This document shows positions 62,501-64,000 of a DNA stretch of 64,000 nucleotides, one piece after another. The stretch covers positions 7,502,001-7,566,000 of the forward strand of contig CM120641.1 of NCBI GenBank assembly GCA_051362555.1. Reading direction: 5' to 3'. The notes under the pieces were generated by a model that searched no databases, was not told the DNA's origin, and saw only the letters and a program-made list of their open reading frames with translations. Made by a program: the position numbers and the translations under genes. This stretch comes from Lingula anatina (lineage: Eukaryota; Animalia; Brachiopoda). The stretch's first letter is position 1. Every line of letters begins with the position of its first letter.

Positions 62501-63118
62501 TCTATGAAGGTCCACATGATCTGATGGCAACCACAGATTCCAGAATGATTGCAATAACTGCAGTTTTGGTGGTATATATTGGAATTTATAATATTTCTAT
62601 GAGTTGTTTACAGTGCTTTTATTGTGAAATATTTATCTCATACTAACAGTTGTTATCCCTTCAAGAATTCATATTTTGTCTTATAAAGGTCGGGAGCTGC
62701 AGCTCCAACTCCATCTGTCGTGGGCAACGGTCACGATAGTCAAGATTCAGGACTTGGGAGTAGACCTACCACGGCCTGCCGTACTCGGAAAACATCAAGT
62801 GACTTCGTTATGCCTCAACCTTACAAAACTGGTACAAAGCCTTACAGACATCGTAGCCGTGAACAAGCAGTCTCTGTACATGTATATGAACACAATACAG
62901 CCAGGTCAGACGAAGGAGAGAAGTCCCCCAAAGTTCCGTCTGCAGGCAAGAGGACCAGACCAACTGCGGCACACCATCGTCGCCGCAGGAAGACTACTGC
63001 AGAACACAAGCTAGTAGGGAAAACCCAAAATACATCTCAACTTGACCAAAACGTTTGGGATAAATATTCAGAATTTAATGAGAACAGTTACGAGTATGAG
63101 TCAGATTTTGAGGACTAA
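58913..63118 (+). CDS. Uncharacterised Ser/Glu-rich, largely disordered protein (~809 aa) with internal repeats
   Basis: Exons 58913-59031 (MPSWLRRAWNRINCCSSG...), 60228-62108 and 62689-63118 join through phase-2 GT-AG introns; total 2430 nt. Confidence 0.75.
59513..59545. repeat. (CT)n microsatellite
   Basis: Direct reading. Confidence 0.9.
59788..59986. mobile_element. MITE with 16-bp TIRs and 6-bp target site duplication
   Basis: GAGGGTAGGGAATACC / GGTATTCCCTACCCTC; ttgtat on both flanks; internal aatcac repeats. Confidence 0.8.
62332..62660 (+). mobile_element. Kolobok/T2-like MITE, copy 4 (diverged)
   Basis: ttaa-AGGGGTAACAACTGTT ... AACAGTTGTTATCCCT-tcaa; body alignable by eye to the 10245 copy. 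Confidence 0.75.
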
Positions 63119-63367
63119 TTAAAAGTTTTGCAGTGGCAATTTTCAATACAATACGATATAACGCCCTAGGTAATGAACTGAAAAAAATGCCAATTAGCAA
63201 CAACAACGGGGTCAATCTGTTCAAGAGCATTGAGTGACATAATGTCTGTGCAAGGCACAAGATGTTACCCATAACAGCTTGTTGTTTTCTGCAAATTTAT
63301 CGACTAGTTCATCCTCTTTTTTAATACAAATTAACACAATGTATATCTATAGCAAATTCTTGTAATG

Positions 63368-63403
<36 letters not shown>

Positions 63404-63762
63404 TATGAAGAGAAGGTAGGCCTACAACTTGAACCGACTTTAACAAAGGAGACAATTGCAGTGGTTCAAGTTGTCATTATAGATTTTATCTAGAAATTAA
63501 ATATGTAAATATTGTAAATATTTAAATATATGTAAATAATTTTGTTATATGTAAATATTGTAAAAAGTACAAATATAATTCTTTCAAATGTCAATGTAAA
63601 TGCTACTGGAAAAAAATAACATCTTCTTCCAGTAGCATGTTATACTTGCACAGTCTTGTAGTATAGTGTAATATAGTATATCTGGGTCAGAAATCTTGAA
63701 CTTCTTTTTCAGTGAATTTGTTGATTTGTAGCTAAGCATGTTCAAAGGTTTATAAAGAATAA

Positions 63763-64000
63763 TTAAAACGCATGTTTGTGAAAGTATTTATTGATAGTAT
63801 AGTGATAGTCGAAAGGGCTCGTATAACTGTCAAAGTTCTTCTCAATATACAGATGCTCTTGTTGTCGGGCAAAGCAGCCAGTTTTCTTCTCTGTCGCAAT
63901 CGTCACAATGTTGTCCATTTTAACCAGCACAACCAATAGACTTCCGGTTTTAGAGCCCGCAAGCAAGATGGGGATGTTGGACAGCTTGGATTTTCTCGAC
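63763..64000 (-). CDS. Possible terminal exon of a convergent gene truncated by the window edge
   Basis: A reading frame is open from the window end to TAA at 63763 and GC is higher than in the flank. No recognisable homology, and the frame is ambiguous. Confidence 0.25.
   Translation of the reverse strand, partial: SRKSKLSNIPILLAGSKTGSLLVVLVKMDNIVTIATEKKTGCFARQQEHLYIEKNFDSYTSPFDYHYTINKYFHKHAF

Overview
Eukaryotic, AT-rich, intron-containing animal genomic DNA. It is probably from a marine invertebrate; the taxon cannot be fixed from sequence alone. All gene models below were built by hand from GT-AG sites and reading-frame phase. Four conserved genes are recognisable: CEP78 (- strand, 14 coding exons, one 20.4-kb intron), a DNAJA1/4-type Hsp40 (+, head-to-head with CEP78), PSMB4 (-) and BLOC1S6/pallidin (+, head-to-head with PSMB4). 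Four less familiar genes sit among them: (1) a 'mini-filamin' with one CH domain, one Ig repeat, a long disordered linker and a repeat-24-like C-terminal Ig; (2) an intronless single-pass membrane protein nested antisense in the giant CEP78 intron; (3) a single-pass membrane protein with a 22-aa tandem repeat just downstream of CEP78; (4) a Ser/acidic orphan with internal repeats. Several non-autonomous DNA transposon families, hairpins and candidate RFX, HSE and CRE regulatory sites are also visible. No prokaryotic features, tRNA or rRNA were seen.
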